A stretch of 64,000 nucleotides of DNA from Selenomonadaceae bacterium (lineage in GTDB: Bacteria; Bacillota; Negativicutes; Selenomonadales; Selenomonadaceae), in contig JBOFWE010000068.1 of assembly GCA_051653465.1 (NCBI GenBank), positions 20,007 through 84,006 of the forward strand, in the 5' to 3' direction. Under the pieces are notes generated by a model. The model was not told the DNA's origin, ran no database searches, and saw nothing but the letters and a program-made list of their open reading frames with translations. Shown piece after piece: positions 22,459 to 32,640 of this stretch. Position numbers and translations under genes: made by a program. Each line of letters starts with the position of its first letter. The first letter of the stretch is position 1.

Positions 22459-22833
22459 ATGCCGAACTTTGCAAATCCGTTTCAGGGAAATGTCAATCGA
22501 AAACTTACAAATGAAGAATTAATTCAGGCTGTCCGGCTTGATATTGCCGGGGAACTTGAGGCAATCTACCTTTATGATGCCCATGTGCAGGCAACGGATA
22601 ATGAGATTGCCAAAAAAGTTATTGCTGATATTCGCGATGAGGAAAAAGCCCATGTGGGAGAGCTAATGGCTTTGTTGCGAATTCTTGATCCGGAGGAAGC
22701 CCGTCATTTTGCTGAGGGTGAAAGTGAAGTCAGAGAAATGATTGAAAATCTAGGCATAGAAGTGCCGGAGCTGCAGCATGAAGCAAACGAAACGTTGCCG
22801 CTGCCAACCGTCGGCAGTTTGATTAATAAGTGA
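22459..22833 (+). CDS. Encapsulated ferritin (EncFtn) cargo protein with C-terminal encapsulin targeting peptide
   Basis: Ferritin-like E...ExxH pattern (GELEAIYLYDAH; DEEKAHVGEL). C-terminal TVGSLINK targeting-peptide-like tail. RBS aaaggggg. ORF opens at 22426. Confidence 0.85.
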   Translation: MPNFANPFQGNVNRKLTNEELIQAVRLDIAGELEAIYLYDAHVQATDNEIAKKVIADIRDEEKAHVGELMALLRILDPEEARHFAEGESEVREMIENLGIEVPELQHEANETLPLPTVGSLINK

Positions 22834-22845
22834 GGAGGAATTACT

Positions 22846-23661
22846 ATGGATTATCTTGCAAGAGAAACAGCTCCATTTGCCGAGGCGTTTTGGGGAAAAA
22901 TTGATGGAATGGTCATCGAGACTGCCAGTCGCGTTTTACGTGCCCGGCGATTTATTTCCTTGTTTGGACCGCTTGGTATAGGGGTTGATCATATAACCGT
23001 TGATAAAGTTGATGATTTAACACAGATGAGTGAAGACGGTGTTATGGTGACAAGCGGACGAAGATATTTGGAACTGCCTACGTTGTATGAGGATTTTGAA
23101 TTACTGGGCAAAGATATAGAAACTGCTAAAAAAGCAGGGTATCCGCTCGACTTGGGGAAGGTGGCAGCTGCCGCCGAGAATTGTGCGGTCAAAGAAGATA
23201 AATTGATCTTCTTTGGGCATAAGGACTTTCAGATTGAAGGCCTTTTTACCGCCAAGGGAAGCAATAAAATCAAGCGGATGGATTGGGCGACAGGAGAAAA
23301 TGCTTTTGCTAATATTGCCGAAGGTATTACCTTGTTGGCAAAAGCTGGCATTTATGGACCGTATGCCTTAGCACTCAGTCAGGATCTTTATCTGCAGCTC
23401 CAGCGTCTCCAGGCAGGGACCGGGTTGCTGGAAATAGAACGGGTTGAAAAACTGCTGGGCGGGCATATTTATCCGGTGCCGGCTTTGGGAAAAGAAAAAG
23501 CTGTGTTGGTAGCTGTTGATGCCAGAAATCTTGATTTGGTTATCGGGCAGGATTTGGCGGCAGCCTATCTTGAACAGGTGGAATTTAACCATCGGTTCCG
23601 CATCCTCGAAACGTTGCGGCTGCGCATTAAACGCCCACAGGCGATTGTTGTCTTTGAATAA
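22846..23661 (+). CDS. Family 1 encapsulin shell protein (linocin M18-like)
   Basis: N-terminus MDYLARETAPFAEAFWGKIDGMV... and a length of about 270 aa are typical of HK97-fold family-1 encapsulins. Lies directly downstream of the cargo gene. Confidence 0.9.
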   Translation: MDYLARETAPFAEAFWGKIDGMVIETASRVLRARRFISLFGPLGIGVDHITVDKVDDLTQMSEDGVMVTSGRRYLELPTLYEDFELLGKDIETAKKAGYPLDLGKVAAAAENCAVKEDKLIFFGHKDFQIEGLFTAKGSNKIKRMDWATGENAFANIAEGITLLAKAGIYGPYALALSQDLYLQLQRLQAGTGLLEIERVEKLLGGHIYPVPALGKEKAVLVAVDARNLDLVIGQDLAAAYLEQVEFNHRFRILETLRLRIKRPQAIVVFE

Positions 23662-23668
23662 AGTGATA

Positions 23669-23703
23669 GGATCTCTCTGATTTTTCAGGGAGATCCGCTT
23701 TTT
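23669..23703 (+). terminator. Terminator after the encapsulin operon
   Basis: ggatctctctga tttt tcagggagatcc gcttttt. Confidence 0.8.
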
Positions 23704-23743
23704 GAAATCTGGCAATGCCTAATATGAGAAAAGAAGGTGCGCT

Positions 23744-24490
23744 ATGAAACTAGTGCTGATCAGACATGGAGAAAGTGACTGGAATCGGAAGAACCTGTTT
23801 ACCGGTTGGACGGATGTAGAGCTTACGGAAAAGGGGGAGGACGAGGGACGTACAGCCGGCCGTATGCTCAAGGAAAACGGTTTTGATTTTGATCTTTGTT
23901 ATACCTCGTATCTCAAGCGTGCCATCCATACGCTGCAGTTCGTTTTGCAGCAGATGGATCGTGACTGGCTGCCGGTAGTAAAGGACTGGAAACTCAATGA
24001 GCGTCACTATGGAGCTTTGCAGGGGCTCAATAAGGCGGAGACGGCAGCAAAATATGGGGAAGATCAGGTCCTGATCTGGCGTCGTTCTTTTGATGTCCGG
24101 CCGCCACTGCTTGAAGAATCGGATGATCGCAATCCAAAGCTTGCCCCGCAGTATCGTGAAATAGAAAAAGATAAGCTGCCGCTGGGGGAAAGTCTCGCCG
24201 ATACGATTGAACGGGTATTGCCGTATTATGAACAGGTGATTTTGCCGCAGATGCAGCAGGGAAAGCGGATCTTAATTGCGGCACATGGCAATTCTCTGCG
24301 GGCGTTGGTCATGAAGCTCGAGGGACTATCAGAGGAAGAGATTATGGGAATAAATATTCCGACCGGGGTGCCGCTTGTCTATGAGCTTGATGAGGCCGGT
24401 GCTGTTACTAAAAAATATTATTTAGGTGATGAAGAAGCGGTAAAGGCCGCAATGGCAAAGGTGGCGTCTCAGGGGAAAGCGGAAAAATGA
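23744..24490 (+). CDS. gpmA: 2,3-bisphosphoglycerate-dependent phosphoglycerate mutase
   Basis: [15 protein letters not shown] and [10 protein letters not shown] motifs. Confidence 0.9.
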   Translation: MKLVLIRHGESDWNRKNLFTGWTDVELTEKGEDEGRTAGRMLKENGFDFDLCYTSYLKRAIHTLQFVLQQMDRDWLPVVKDWKLNERHYGALQGLNKAETAAKYGEDQVLIWRRSFDVRPPLLEESDDRNPKLAPQYREIEKDKLPLGESLADTIERVLPYYEQVILPQMQQGKRILIAAHGNSLRALVMKLEGLSEEEIMGINIPTGVPLVYELDEAGAVTKKYYLGDEEAVKAAMAKVASQGKAEK

Positions 24491-24493
24491 GGC

Positions 24494-24529
24494 AAAAAAA
24501 GAAGACCTCCTCAAGGGGGTCTTCTTTTT
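24494..24529. terminator. Bidirectional terminator between gpmA and the HAD gene
   Basis: aaaaaaagaagacc...ggtcttcttttt, with A/T runs on both sides. Confidence 0.8.
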
Positions 24530-24537
24530 GCCGGAGA

Positions 24538-25314
24538 TCATGGGGTAGGAATATCGCCGACACCGTTTAATACCAGGCGTGGGCGGAATGGATACTGGCC
24601 GATTTCTTCGCGGCTCGTGACACCTGACAGGACAAGAATCGGGTCCATGCCGCTTTCGATGCCGGCAATGATGTCGGTATCCATGCGGTCGCCGATCATG
24701 GCAGTTTCAGCCGAGTGAATGCCTAGAATCTGCAGTCCGGTGCGCATCATCAGTGGATTTGGTTTGCCTATGTAATAGGCATTTTTACCGGTTGTGAGTT
24801 CAATGGGGGCAATCAGCGCCCGGCAGGCAGGGGTAATGCCTTCTTCGGTCGGGCAGGTGAGATCGGTATTAGTGGCGATAAGTTTGGCTCCGTTAAGCAC
24901 GAGTGTAGTAGCCTTGCAAATTAAACTGTAATTATAGCTGATCGTTTCACCGATGATGACGTAATCGGGATTTACGTCGTTAAAGGTGATGTTCGCGTCA
25001 TGCAGAGCGTTGAAAAGACCAGGTTCACCGACAACATATGCACTGCAGCCAGGGCTCTGATGGCTCAAAAATTTTGCGGTTGCCAGGGCACTGGTGTAAA
25101 AGTGGCTTTCATCGACTTCAAGTCCCATGCGGGCCAGTTTGAGCTGAAGTTCCCGCGGTGTTTTTGAGCTGTTGTTAGTGAGAAATAAAAATTCTTTGTT
25201 TTCGCGATAAAGCCAGTCAACGAATTCCTTTACACCGGGAATTAACTGATCTCCCTTATAAATTACTCCGTCCATATCGCATATAAAGCCTTTTTTTGAT
25301 CGCAATGCTTCCAT
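24538..25314 (-). CDS. HAD-IIA family sugar-phosphatase (NagD-like)
   Basis: FICDMDGVIY, FLTNNSS, GKP and GDRMDTDI motifs. Confidence 0.8.
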   Translation of the reverse strand: MEALRSKKGFICDMDGVIYKGDQLIPGVKEFVDWLYRENKEFLFLTNNSSKTPRELQLKLARMGLEVDESHFYTSALATAKFLSHQSPGCSAYVVGEPGLFNALHDANITFNDVNPDYVIIGETISYNYSLICKATTLVLNGAKLIATNTDLTCPTEEGITPACRALIAPIELTTGKNAYYIGKPNPLMMRTGLQILGIHSAETAMIGDRMDTDIIAGIESGMDPILVLSGVTSREEIGQYPFRPRLVLNGVGDIPTP

Positions 25315-25675
25315 AAAAATGCCCTCCTCATATCTTTTCCTAATGGCCGGCGACGGCCGGCAAATAAAGTGGATACTTTATAAGTATAATCCGCTCTATT
25401 AACTTTATTCTTGAACTGGAAAGCTTTTTCCTTTTTGAAAAATAAAAATATAAAGTCTGTCAGTGTTTTTCTGGATTTTTATGGTGACAATTGACAGTTT
25501 TTATCAGAAAAGCCTTTCCATAAAGAACTTTTTAAAATATAATACATAGTAGAAGAGAATCAGAATCAATTGTTTCTTTTTGTTGAAAATCAGAAAATCG
25601 ACTGCAATTTGAAGTTGAGACGCCATGCTGTCAGGCGTGTTGCAGCTGGAAAAATAGTAAATGGGGTGTTCTCAG

Positions 25676-27466
25676 ATGAAAGGTACTGTTGTGGCGACTT
25701 GGCTTGAAACCTCGCGTAAGGTTTGGGGCCGGGAATTCGTTGAAGGCGTGATGAGTGAGCTTGGCTGGCCAGTGGATAAGATTTTCCTGCCGCTGGAAGA
25801 TGTTGATGACCATAAAATAAAACAGATGATTGAGGCGATTTCGCGGCGGACCTCAATCAATACAACGGAAGTCTGGCAGGTTATCGGCAAGGATAATCTG
25901 AAGACATTTGCCAATACATATCCATCGCTGTTCAGCAATAAAAATTTATATACTTTTTTGGCTTCGCTATATGATGTGCACGTTGAAGTTGTCAAGCGCA
26001 TCCCGGGAGCAAAGCCGCCAGAGGTTATTTTAACGCCGCTGTCCGATTACGATGCCGTTTTCAGCTATCGTTCGCAGCGAGGGATGTTTGATTATTTTCG
26101 CGGGCTGTTACAGGGGGCAGCCGAGCATTTTAAGGAAGAAATTAAGATAGAAACCCTGGAAAAAACGGCAGATTCTCTGAAGCTGAAGCTGCATTTTAGC
26201 AAACCTATTACCCGCACGAGTACATACCGGCTGAATCGTATGCTCGGTTTTGCCGGCAGTGTTTCACTGAAGATAGGGATTGTCAGTGCCGTTTTGAGTG
26301 GGATATTGCTTGGTGGTGTTACCCTGGCGGGCGGGGAGGCACCGCTTTGGCTGGCTTTAGCGACTGGCTTGACAGCCTATATCGGCAGCAGCGTTTTATT
26401 GCGCCCGCTGGCTGCTCTGCGCAGTGAGGTCGAGGGCCTTACCCAATATCGCTATTTTGATGCGCTGCAGATTCAGTCTCAAGATGAATTTGAGAGCATT
26501 GGCCAGTTGCTCGCGCAGTATAAAAGCCGCGTCAAAGCTGAGTTTACTGGATTTAAAACCACTGGCGATGAAATGAACCAATATGGCAAGAATTTTGATG
26601 AACTGGCAGAAAACATGGGGCAGGCTTCTGATGAAATTGCCAATATCATGAATGAGGTCTCCAATGCGACGACGCACGGGGCCGAAAATACCTCGGAAGC
26701 TGTGTCTATTTTAAATGGTAATATTGCCGCCTTGCAGTCCGTGGTAAATGATCAGATGCGCAACAATGAAAATCTGCTCGATGCAGTCGATAATATCAAT
26801 TTGGGTTTTGGTAATGTCAGCCAGTCGAGTGACAAACTCAATCACAGCATGGACAAATTTGCAGTGGTTAAAGAATCAGTGGAAAGCCTGAAGGGTCAGG
26901 CTGAAAAAATTATTGAAATCACGCAGTTGGTGACAAATATCGCCGGACAGACAAATTTATTGGCGTTAAATGCGGCAATTGAAGCCGCAAGGGCCGGGGA
27001 ACACGGCCGTGGATTTGCCATCGTTGCGGAAGAGGTTCGCCAGCTGGCTGAGCAGTCCCATTCACATGCTGAGGTCATTTCCTCTGATATTGTGGCGATA
27101 ACAAAGACGATTAACGCGGTAGTGGCCTCTGTCAGCGAGGAATACGATATCTTATCGAATGAAAGCAAACAACTACTGCATGTGGTTAATGATAATACGC
27201 AGTATGTTGATAATATCCGTGGCGTATCAGAAAATATTGCTGACATGATTCGCAAGCTGAAGGCTGAAATGGCCGGCATGGATGGTGTTTATGGAAAGAT
27301 TGAAGGCATTGCGGCGGTTTCTGAAGAAAATTCAGCAGCTACGCAGGAAGTCAATGCAGCCGTGCATACTTATAATGAAAAACTGCAGGATATGATGGAT
27401 AAAATTCGTGAATTTAAGAAAATAACGCAAAATTTCTGCAGCGATATCGATCGCTACAAGGTTTAA
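25676..27466 (+). CDS. Methyl-accepting chemotaxis protein with N-terminal H-NOX (heme NO/O2-binding) domain
   Basis: MKGTVVATW..., proximal His in YDVHVEV, YxSxR motif (YRSQR), two TM helices. MA domain with [38 protein letters not shown] opens at 25661. Confidence 0.85.
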   Translation: MKGTVVATWLETSRKVWGREFVEGVMSELGWPVDKIFLPLEDVDDHKIKQMIEAISRRTSINTTEVWQVIGKDNLKTFANTYPSLFSNKNLYTFLASLYDVHVEVVKRIPGAKPPEVILTPLSDYDAVFSYRSQRGMFDYFRGLLQGAAEHFKEEIKIETLEKTADSLKLKLHFSKPITRTSTYRLNRMLGFAGSVSLKIGIVSAVLSGILLGGVTLAGGEAPLWLALATGLTAYIGSSVLLRPLAALRSEVEGLTQYRYFDALQIQSQDEFESIGQLLAQYKSRVKAEFTGFKTTGDEMNQYGKNFDELAENMGQASDEIANIMNEVSNATTHGAENTSEAVSILNGNIAALQSVVNDQMRNNENLLDAVDNINLGFGNVSQSSDKLNHSMDKFAVVKESVESLKGQAEKIIEITQLVTNIAGQTNLLALNAAIEAARAGEHGRGFAIVAEEVRQLAEQSHSHAEVISSDIVAITKTINAVVASVSEEYDILSNESKQLLHVVNDNTQYVDNIRGVSENIADMIRKLKAEMAGMDGVYGKIEGIAAVSEENSAATQEVNAAVHTYNEKLQDMMDKIREFKKITQNFCSDIDRYKV

Positions 27467-27546
27467 TCAAAAACAGCTTCCAACCGTTTTATCTTGGTTA
27501 GAAGCTGTTTTTTTACAAGCAAATCGTAAGGCTGAGAGGTGAGGAT

Positions 27547-28284
27547 ATGGAGGGGATGTTTTTTCAATATATGGGACTGGTGGTTGTTACGTTGCTTACC
27601 TCTGTGATTACCTTGTTTACGGGCTTTGGTGTCGGTACCATCATGATGCCGGTTATGGCACTGTTTTTTGATATAAAAGCGGCTATTTTTATGGCGGCGA
27701 TTGTGCATTTCTTTAATAATATAGTACGCCTTTTTCTCTATCGGCAGGATATCAATTGGCAGATTATCCGCCGCTTTGGGGTTGTCAGTTTGCTGGGAGC
27801 CTTTATCGGTTCGTTTTCCCAAATATATATTGACAGCACCCAGCTTAAACCGGCAGTAGGGTTGTTTTTGGTTTTCTATGCATTGGTGTCGCTGCTGGCG
27901 GGCAAAATCAAGTTTTCTTTGCCGCGCCGCATTGACATAATCGGAGGATTTTTATCCGGGCTGGTCGGCGGGCTGATCGGCAATCAGGGGGCAATTCGCT
28001 CTTTGTATCTGCTGGGATACGGACTGCAAAAACAGGAACTGATTGTTTCGGCGGCACTGATTGCGGTTATTATCGATGTGACGAGAATTCCTGTATATGC
28101 CTATGCAAATAGCGGCTATCTCTATCAGCATGGTAATGTATTGACAGTTGTTGTTGTGGCAGCGATTTTGGGGACTTTAGTGGGGAGTCGTCTGCTGCCC
28201 AAGGTTTCCTATAGCATTTTCAAACGGATTATTTTGCTGGGGGTATTGCTTTTGGGACTCTTGATGCTACTGGGAGTTGCCTAA
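27547..28284 (+). CDS. TauE/SafE (DUF81) family anion exporter-like membrane protein
   Basis: About 7-8 TM helices with an internal repeat and Gly-rich helices (GGFLSGLVGGLIG). Confidence 0.65.
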   Translation: MEGMFFQYMGLVVVTLLTSVITLFTGFGVGTIMMPVMALFFDIKAAIFMAAIVHFFNNIVRLFLYRQDINWQIIRRFGVVSLLGAFIGSFSQIYIDSTQLKPAVGLFLVFYALVSLLAGKIKFSLPRRIDIIGGFLSGLVGGLIGNQGAIRSLYLLGYGLQKQELIVSAALIAVIIDVTRIPVYAYANSGYLYQHGNVLTVVVVAAILGTLVGSRLLPKVSYSIFKRIILLGVLLLGLLMLLGVA

Positions 28285-28318
28285 TTTTTCCATACACGGC
28301 AACTATACAAGGCTTGTT

Positions 28319-28708
28319 TTAATTATGAAGGGAAGCGGTTTTTCCTCGCTGATCGAGATAGATGAGTTTTTCGCTGCCAGGGCGATGCACTTCTCCCCAC
28401 TGGCACATCAGTTTTAATATGGGCAGCAGGGTCGTTCCTTTCTCTGACAAAGAGTATTCTACTTTGGGTGGTATTTGTGCATATTCCTTGCGATGGATAA
28501 GCTGTGACTGCTGCAGTTCCTTGAGCTGCTGACTGAGCATTTTATGCGTGATACCGGCAAGCTTTTGCTTTAACTGCCCATAGCGTAAGGTTTCATACTC
28601 AAACAGCAGGTAAAGAATCAGCCATTTCCATTTTCCACCTAAAATTGACAGGGTATAGGCTACTGCGCAATCCAGATCAGGATCTTTTGATGTTTTTATA
28701 GTAATCAC
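28319..28708 (-). CDS. HxlR family transcriptional regulator
   Basis: LSILGGKWKWLILYLL...RYGQLKQKLAGITHKMLSQQLKELQ winged-helix signature. Divergent from the nitroreductase gene. Confidence 0.8.
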   Translation of the reverse strand: MITIKTSKDPDLDCAVAYTLSILGGKWKWLILYLLFEYETLRYGQLKQKLAGITHKMLSQQLKELQQSQLIHRKEYAQIPPKVEYSLSEKGTTLLPILKLMCQWGEVHRPGSEKLIYLDQRGKTASLHN

Positions 28709-28864
28709 TCTCCTAAAAGATAGTATCTACCTAAAAAGTGCATACTTTTATATTGGAAGAATAGCACATATAATAAAATAAAACAATCATACCGGCGAAA
28801 GGCAACAGCTATATGCTAGCTGTTTTGCTGGCGGCTGGCTAAATAATGAGGAGGACTGAGGATT

Positions 28865-29395
28865 GTGGAAGTATATCAGGCAATAATGAAACGGCGCAGC
28901 ATCAGAAAATATGAGGATAAGCCTGTGACGAGGGACATTATAGAACGCCTTTTGCGGGCGGCAATGCAGGCTCCATCGGCGGCAAATCAGCGTCCATGGG
29001 AATTTATCATTGTGCAGGATCGCGAGGGGCTGGAAAAACTTTCCCTGGCCCATCCTTATGCAGGCCCGGTAAAAACAGCGGCCGCAGCAATTCTTGTACT
29101 GGGAAAGAAAGAAGGAATGCTGTTTCCGCAGTATTGGCAGCAGGATCTGGCAGCAGCTACTCAGAATATCCTGTTGGCGGCGGTGGAAGAAGGGCTGGGA
29201 GCTGTATGGACAGGAATTGCTCCCGAGGAAGACAGGATGGCATATATTAAAAAGATGTTTGATTTGCCGGACGGCGTTATGCCGTTTGCTTTACTGGCCC
29301 TGGGGTTTTCGACAGGAAATGTGGAACATGATCGTTTTGATGAAGCGCGAATTCATTACGAAAAATATAAAGTAGATGAGGCGATTTCTAAATGA
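28865..29395 (+). CDS. Nitroreductase family protein
   Basis: RRSIRKYEDKPV N-terminal motif, APSAANQRPWEF. GTG start after ggaggactgagg. Confidence 0.8.
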   Translation: MEVYQAIMKRRSIRKYEDKPVTRDIIERLLRAAMQAPSAANQRPWEFIIVQDREGLEKLSLAHPYAGPVKTAAAAILVLGKKEGMLFPQYWQQDLAAATQNILLAAVEEGLGAVWTGIAPEEDRMAYIKKMFDLPDGVMPFALLALGFSTGNVEHDRFDEARIHYEKYKVDEAISK

Positions 29396-30021
29396 AGGTA
29401 GTAGCATTTAATGGCAGTCCGCATAAAGAGGGAAATACCTATCAGGCAATAAAACTTGTAGCGGCCCAGCTTGAACAGGCAGGGATTGAAGTGGAAATTG
29501 TTCATGTGGGTAACAAAGTTGTCCGCGGGTGTACAGCCTGTGGTGGTTGTACACGAAATGGCGGCGGAGCCTGTGTGATAACGACGGACCCGGTCAATGA
29601 ATGGATCGAAAAGATGAAAACGACTGATGCCATAATTTTAGGTTCACCGGTTCACTATGCCGGGATTGCCGGAACGATGAAGTCCTTTTTGGATCGGGCT
29701 TTTTATGTAGCTAGTGCCGGCTTCCTACGGCACAAAGTCGGAGCTGCGGTTGTTGCCGTGCGGCGCTCAGGCGGAGTTACGACTTTTGATCAGCTAAATC
29801 ACTATATAACGTATGCAGAAATGATAATGCCGGGGACGAATTACTGGAATGTTATTCATGGGACCGCTCCGGGGGAAGCCTTGCAGGATGAAGAGGGGCA
29901 GCAGATTATGCGAGTGCTTGGAAGCAATATGGCCTGGCTGATGAAAATTGTTGCGGCCGGAAGACAGAGTATAGAAGAACCGGACCGGGAAAAAAAGATA
30001 TTCACAAATTTCATTCGCTGA
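29392..30021 (+). CDS. NADPH-dependent FMN reductase / flavodoxin-like flavoprotein
   Basis: MKVVAFNGSPHKEGNT flavodoxin-like N-terminus. Cys cluster CTACGGC. Start overlaps the upstream stop (ATGA). Confidence 0.7.
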   Translation: MKVVAFNGSPHKEGNTYQAIKLVAAQLEQAGIEVEIVHVGNKVVRGCTACGGCTRNGGGACVITTDPVNEWIEKMKTTDAIILGSPVHYAGIAGTMKSFLDRAFYVASAGFLRHKVGAAVVAVRRSGGVTTFDQLNHYITYAEMIMPGTNYWNVIHGTAPGEALQDEEGQQIMRVLGSNMAWLMKIVAAGRQSIEEPDREKKIFTNFIR

Positions 30022-30136
30022 AAATCCTAAGATTTTCAGGGGGGGAAGCCGGAGACCCTCAAAGCAGACTGCTTTGGGGGTTTTTTAGTTTGTGCTTTAA
30101 TTAAAGGCTTGCGCTTTATTTACTAAATGTAAAATG

Positions 30137-30165
30137 TTGACAATATAGGTATTTGGTGCTAGTAT
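30137..30165 (+). promoter_or_regulatory. Sigma-A type promoter in front of the cobalamin riboswitch
   Basis: TTGACA, 17 nt spacer, TAGTAT. Confidence 0.5.
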
Positions 30166-30199
30166 AAGAAAAACTTTGGTTGGGAACAATTCCATATGG

Positions 30200-30360
30200 A
30201 AGGATCAGGTGTCCGCAGGGACTTAATAGGGAAGATTGGTGTAATGCCAACGCGGTCCCGCCACTGTAGCAGGAAGCAGTTTTTAATGTATGCCACTGAA
30301 AAATATTTTGGGAAGGCTTAAAGCTGTGATGAACTGAAGCCAGGAGAACTGCCTGATCGA
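30200..30360 (+). promoter_or_regulatory. Cobalamin (B12) riboswitch aptamer
   Basis: P1 GATCAGG...CCTGATC. Core aatagggaagattggtgtaatgccaacgcggtcccgccactgt. B12-box gccactg...gggaaggc...aagccaggagaactgcc. Confidence 0.85.
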
Positions 30361-30420
30361 CAATCACTGTTAGACCTGCGAGCGATGGGGAGGGGATTAT
30401 GTTCATTTTATATATTGATA

Positions 30421-30464
30421 GATGAGCCTTTTCTTGGTGTAGGAGGGCTCATCTTTTGTTTTTT
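30421..30464 (+). terminator. Intrinsic terminator (expression platform) after the B12 aptamer
   Basis: GATGAGCC...GGCTCATC stem followed by TTTTGTTTTTT. Confidence 0.8.
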
Positions 30465-30621
30465 ACATAATAGCAGCATAGTTGCATGCAACAGCGATAA
30501 GACTGACCATATTTCTATGAACCAGCAGAGGCATAGAATCTTCCCATATGATGTAACAAGAGCTGGGTATATGGATAAGGCCTGCCAAGCGGACATGTAA
30601 TGATTTTTAGGAGGTACATAT

Positions 30622-32346
30622 ATGCAAGGGATGCAATGGTTTCACGATTTGAATATGAGAGTTAAAATCATCGGGATGATTGGTGCAATGGGTTTTTTTA
30701 TGGTCTGTGTAGGGGTGGTTGGTTTTTATGTTTCACATAATCTGAGTGTTTATCTGGATGATATGTATGAAAATCAGCTTTTACCAGTACAGTGGTTAAA
30801 TGAAGCACGAGTGCAAAATCGTGCTGGAGAAGCAGCTGTTTTGGAACTGCTTCATCAAGGAACGGGCAAGGAACGTGAGCAAAAGCTCCAGGCCGAGGTC
30901 GAAACATTTAGTAAAAATGCCGCTCAGAACCTGGATTCATTTCAAAAAACCGCAACTGCCGGACGACAGCAAGAAGTTGTACAGGATTTGACCCGGGAAC
31001 TGGGACAGTATGAAGAGGGACGGAAAAAGGTGCTGACGCTGGTTGCTGAGGGCAAACGCCCGGAGGCCTATGCGTATTACACGCAGTCCGTAGTGCCCCA
31101 TCTGGACAAGGCCAATGAGACTTTAAACAAGCTGGCAGCAGCAAGCAGCAAGCAGGCAGAGGAAAAAGCAACACAGGGCAAGGCGTATGCGCAGACGGCA
31201 GCGATGCTGATCACAGGGGCAACATTACTGCTTTTACTGTTGTCGCTTGCTTTTGGCTGGAAGTTTGCCAGTCTGATTGTTGTGCGGCTGGAAAATGTAG
31301 TCAAAACCTTGCAGGGGGCGGCTGATGGAGATCTGACGCAGCAAGTTAAGGTTACTGCGTCAGATGAAATCGGAAAATTAGGGAATGCACTAAACGGTAC
31401 GATTGCCCATTTACGACGTTTAGTGGAGCATATAGCGGAGTCTTCCAAGGAACTTACGGCATCGTCTGAGGAGCTATCCTCTGGTACGGAGCAGTCCGCA
31501 CAGGCCAATGCCAGTGTAGCAGATAAACTGGCCAGACTGGCCTCGGGTGCAGAAAAACAGGTGCGTACAATTGATGAGACCACCGAAGCGGTGGAACAGA
31601 TGTCAGCCGGAATTCAGGAAATTGCTGCTGATACAGAAGCTGTGACGGAAATGACGGATAAGACAGCAACGGCCGCGCAAAATGGCGAAGGCGCTGTAGA
31701 TCAGGCGGTTGCACAAATGGAAAAAATTGAAACAACAGTAACTGAATCAGCGGAACTGGTGACAAAGCTTGGGGAACGATCCGATGAGATTGGCCGTATT
31801 GTCGATACGATTTCCGGAATTGCCGGACAGACGAATTTGTTGGCCCTGAATGCGGCGATTGAGGCTGCCCGGGCCGGCGAGCAGGGACGAGGTTTTTCGG
31901 TTGTTGCTGAAGAAGTCCGCAGTTTAGCTGAACAGTCCCAGGAAGCAGCCAAACAGATTGCTGAGCTGATTCATAACATTCAGGCTGATACGGGCCGGGC
32001 GGTTGTCGCCATGAAGACCGGCAGCGCGGAGGTTGAACGCGGAACTAAAATTGTAAATGGTGCCGGTCAGACCTTCAAGGATATTATGGAATTAATTCTT
32101 GAAGTTTCGGGGCAGATTCGAAATATATCGGCAACGATTCAGCAGATTGCTGGCGGCAGTCAGAAGATCGTATTGTCGGTTGAGCAAATTGATGAAATAA
32201 GCAAGGAAGCGTCTGCACATATGCAGACGGTTTCAGCAGCCAGCGAGGAGCAGTCAGCTTCGATGGAAGAAATTGCGGCCTCTACCGAAAATTTAACCAA
32301 GATGGCCGAAACACTTGAAACGGCGGCTCTTGAGTTTAAACTATAG
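30622..32346 (+). CDS. Methyl-accepting chemotaxis protein (4-helix-bundle sensor, HAMP, MA domain)
   Basis: TM, helical sensor, TM, HAMP ([13 protein letters not shown]). [38 protein letters not shown] aggagg. Confidence 0.9.
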   Translation: MQGMQWFHDLNMRVKIIGMIGAMGFFMVCVGVVGFYVSHNLSVYLDDMYENQLLPVQWLNEARVQNRAGEAAVLELLHQGTGKEREQKLQAEVETFSKNAAQNLDSFQKTATAGRQQEVVQDLTRELGQYEEGRKKVLTLVAEGKRPEAYAYYTQSVVPHLDKANETLNKLAAASSKQAEEKATQGKAYAQTAAMLITGATLLLLLLSLAFGWKFASLIVVRLENVVKTLQGAADGDLTQQVKVTASDEIGKLGNALNGTIAHLRRLVEHIAESSKELTASSEELSSGTEQSAQANASVADKLARLASGAEKQVRTIDETTEAVEQMSAGIQEIAADTEAVTEMTDKTATAAQNGEGAVDQAVAQMEKIETTVTESAELVTKLGERSDEIGRIVDTISGIAGQTNLLALNAAIEAARAGEQGRGFSVVAEEVRSLAEQSQEAAKQIAELIHNIQADTGRAVVAMKTGSAEVERGTKIVNGAGQTFKDIMELILEVSGQIRNISATIQQIAGGSQKIVLSVEQIDEISKEASAHMQTVSAASEEQSASMEEIAASTENLTKMAETLETAALEFKL

Positions 32347-32640
32347 TATGAAGCGAAGTTGCTTTTGCTGATTGTAAAAATTTAATAAGGTCTTTGGCAC
32401 AGAGGGTTGTGGAAGATCCTTCCGGAGGCTGGTTAATGAAAAAAGCTGTCAGTTGAAGGGGTCACCTTTGGCTGGCAGCTTTTCTTTGTGCTCGACGGCA
32501 AGCTTTTCTGGTGATTTAGGAAAAAAGGCTGAATTGGTACGGAAGGAATATACTTTACAGCGGCGAATTCTTTATCTATAGCAGGTGTGTGTCGGCTAGT
32601 ATACTACATGCGTTTGATTCAAAGGAGAGAAGGAGATCCG

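Noticed and set aside
22459-23661. The encapsulin operon as the novel system.
   Set aside because: The cargo and shell architecture matches the well-described family-1 EncFtn systems. It is reported as a known system with a regulatory detail.
30405-30470. Possible fourth (plus-strand) copy of the repeated RNA, because tatatattgATAGATGAGcc resembles the promoter and 5' end of the family.
   Set aside because: Only the first 10 nt or so match. The P-b/P-c helices and the CTACAGT...AGCG block are absent. The hairpin here is explained as the B12 riboswitch terminator.
30385-30600. 71-aa plus-strand ORF between the B12 riboswitch and the MCP gene.
   Set aside because: It starts inside the riboswitch and runs straight through the intrinsic terminator hairpin. 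It has no RBS, so it is not credible as a CDS.
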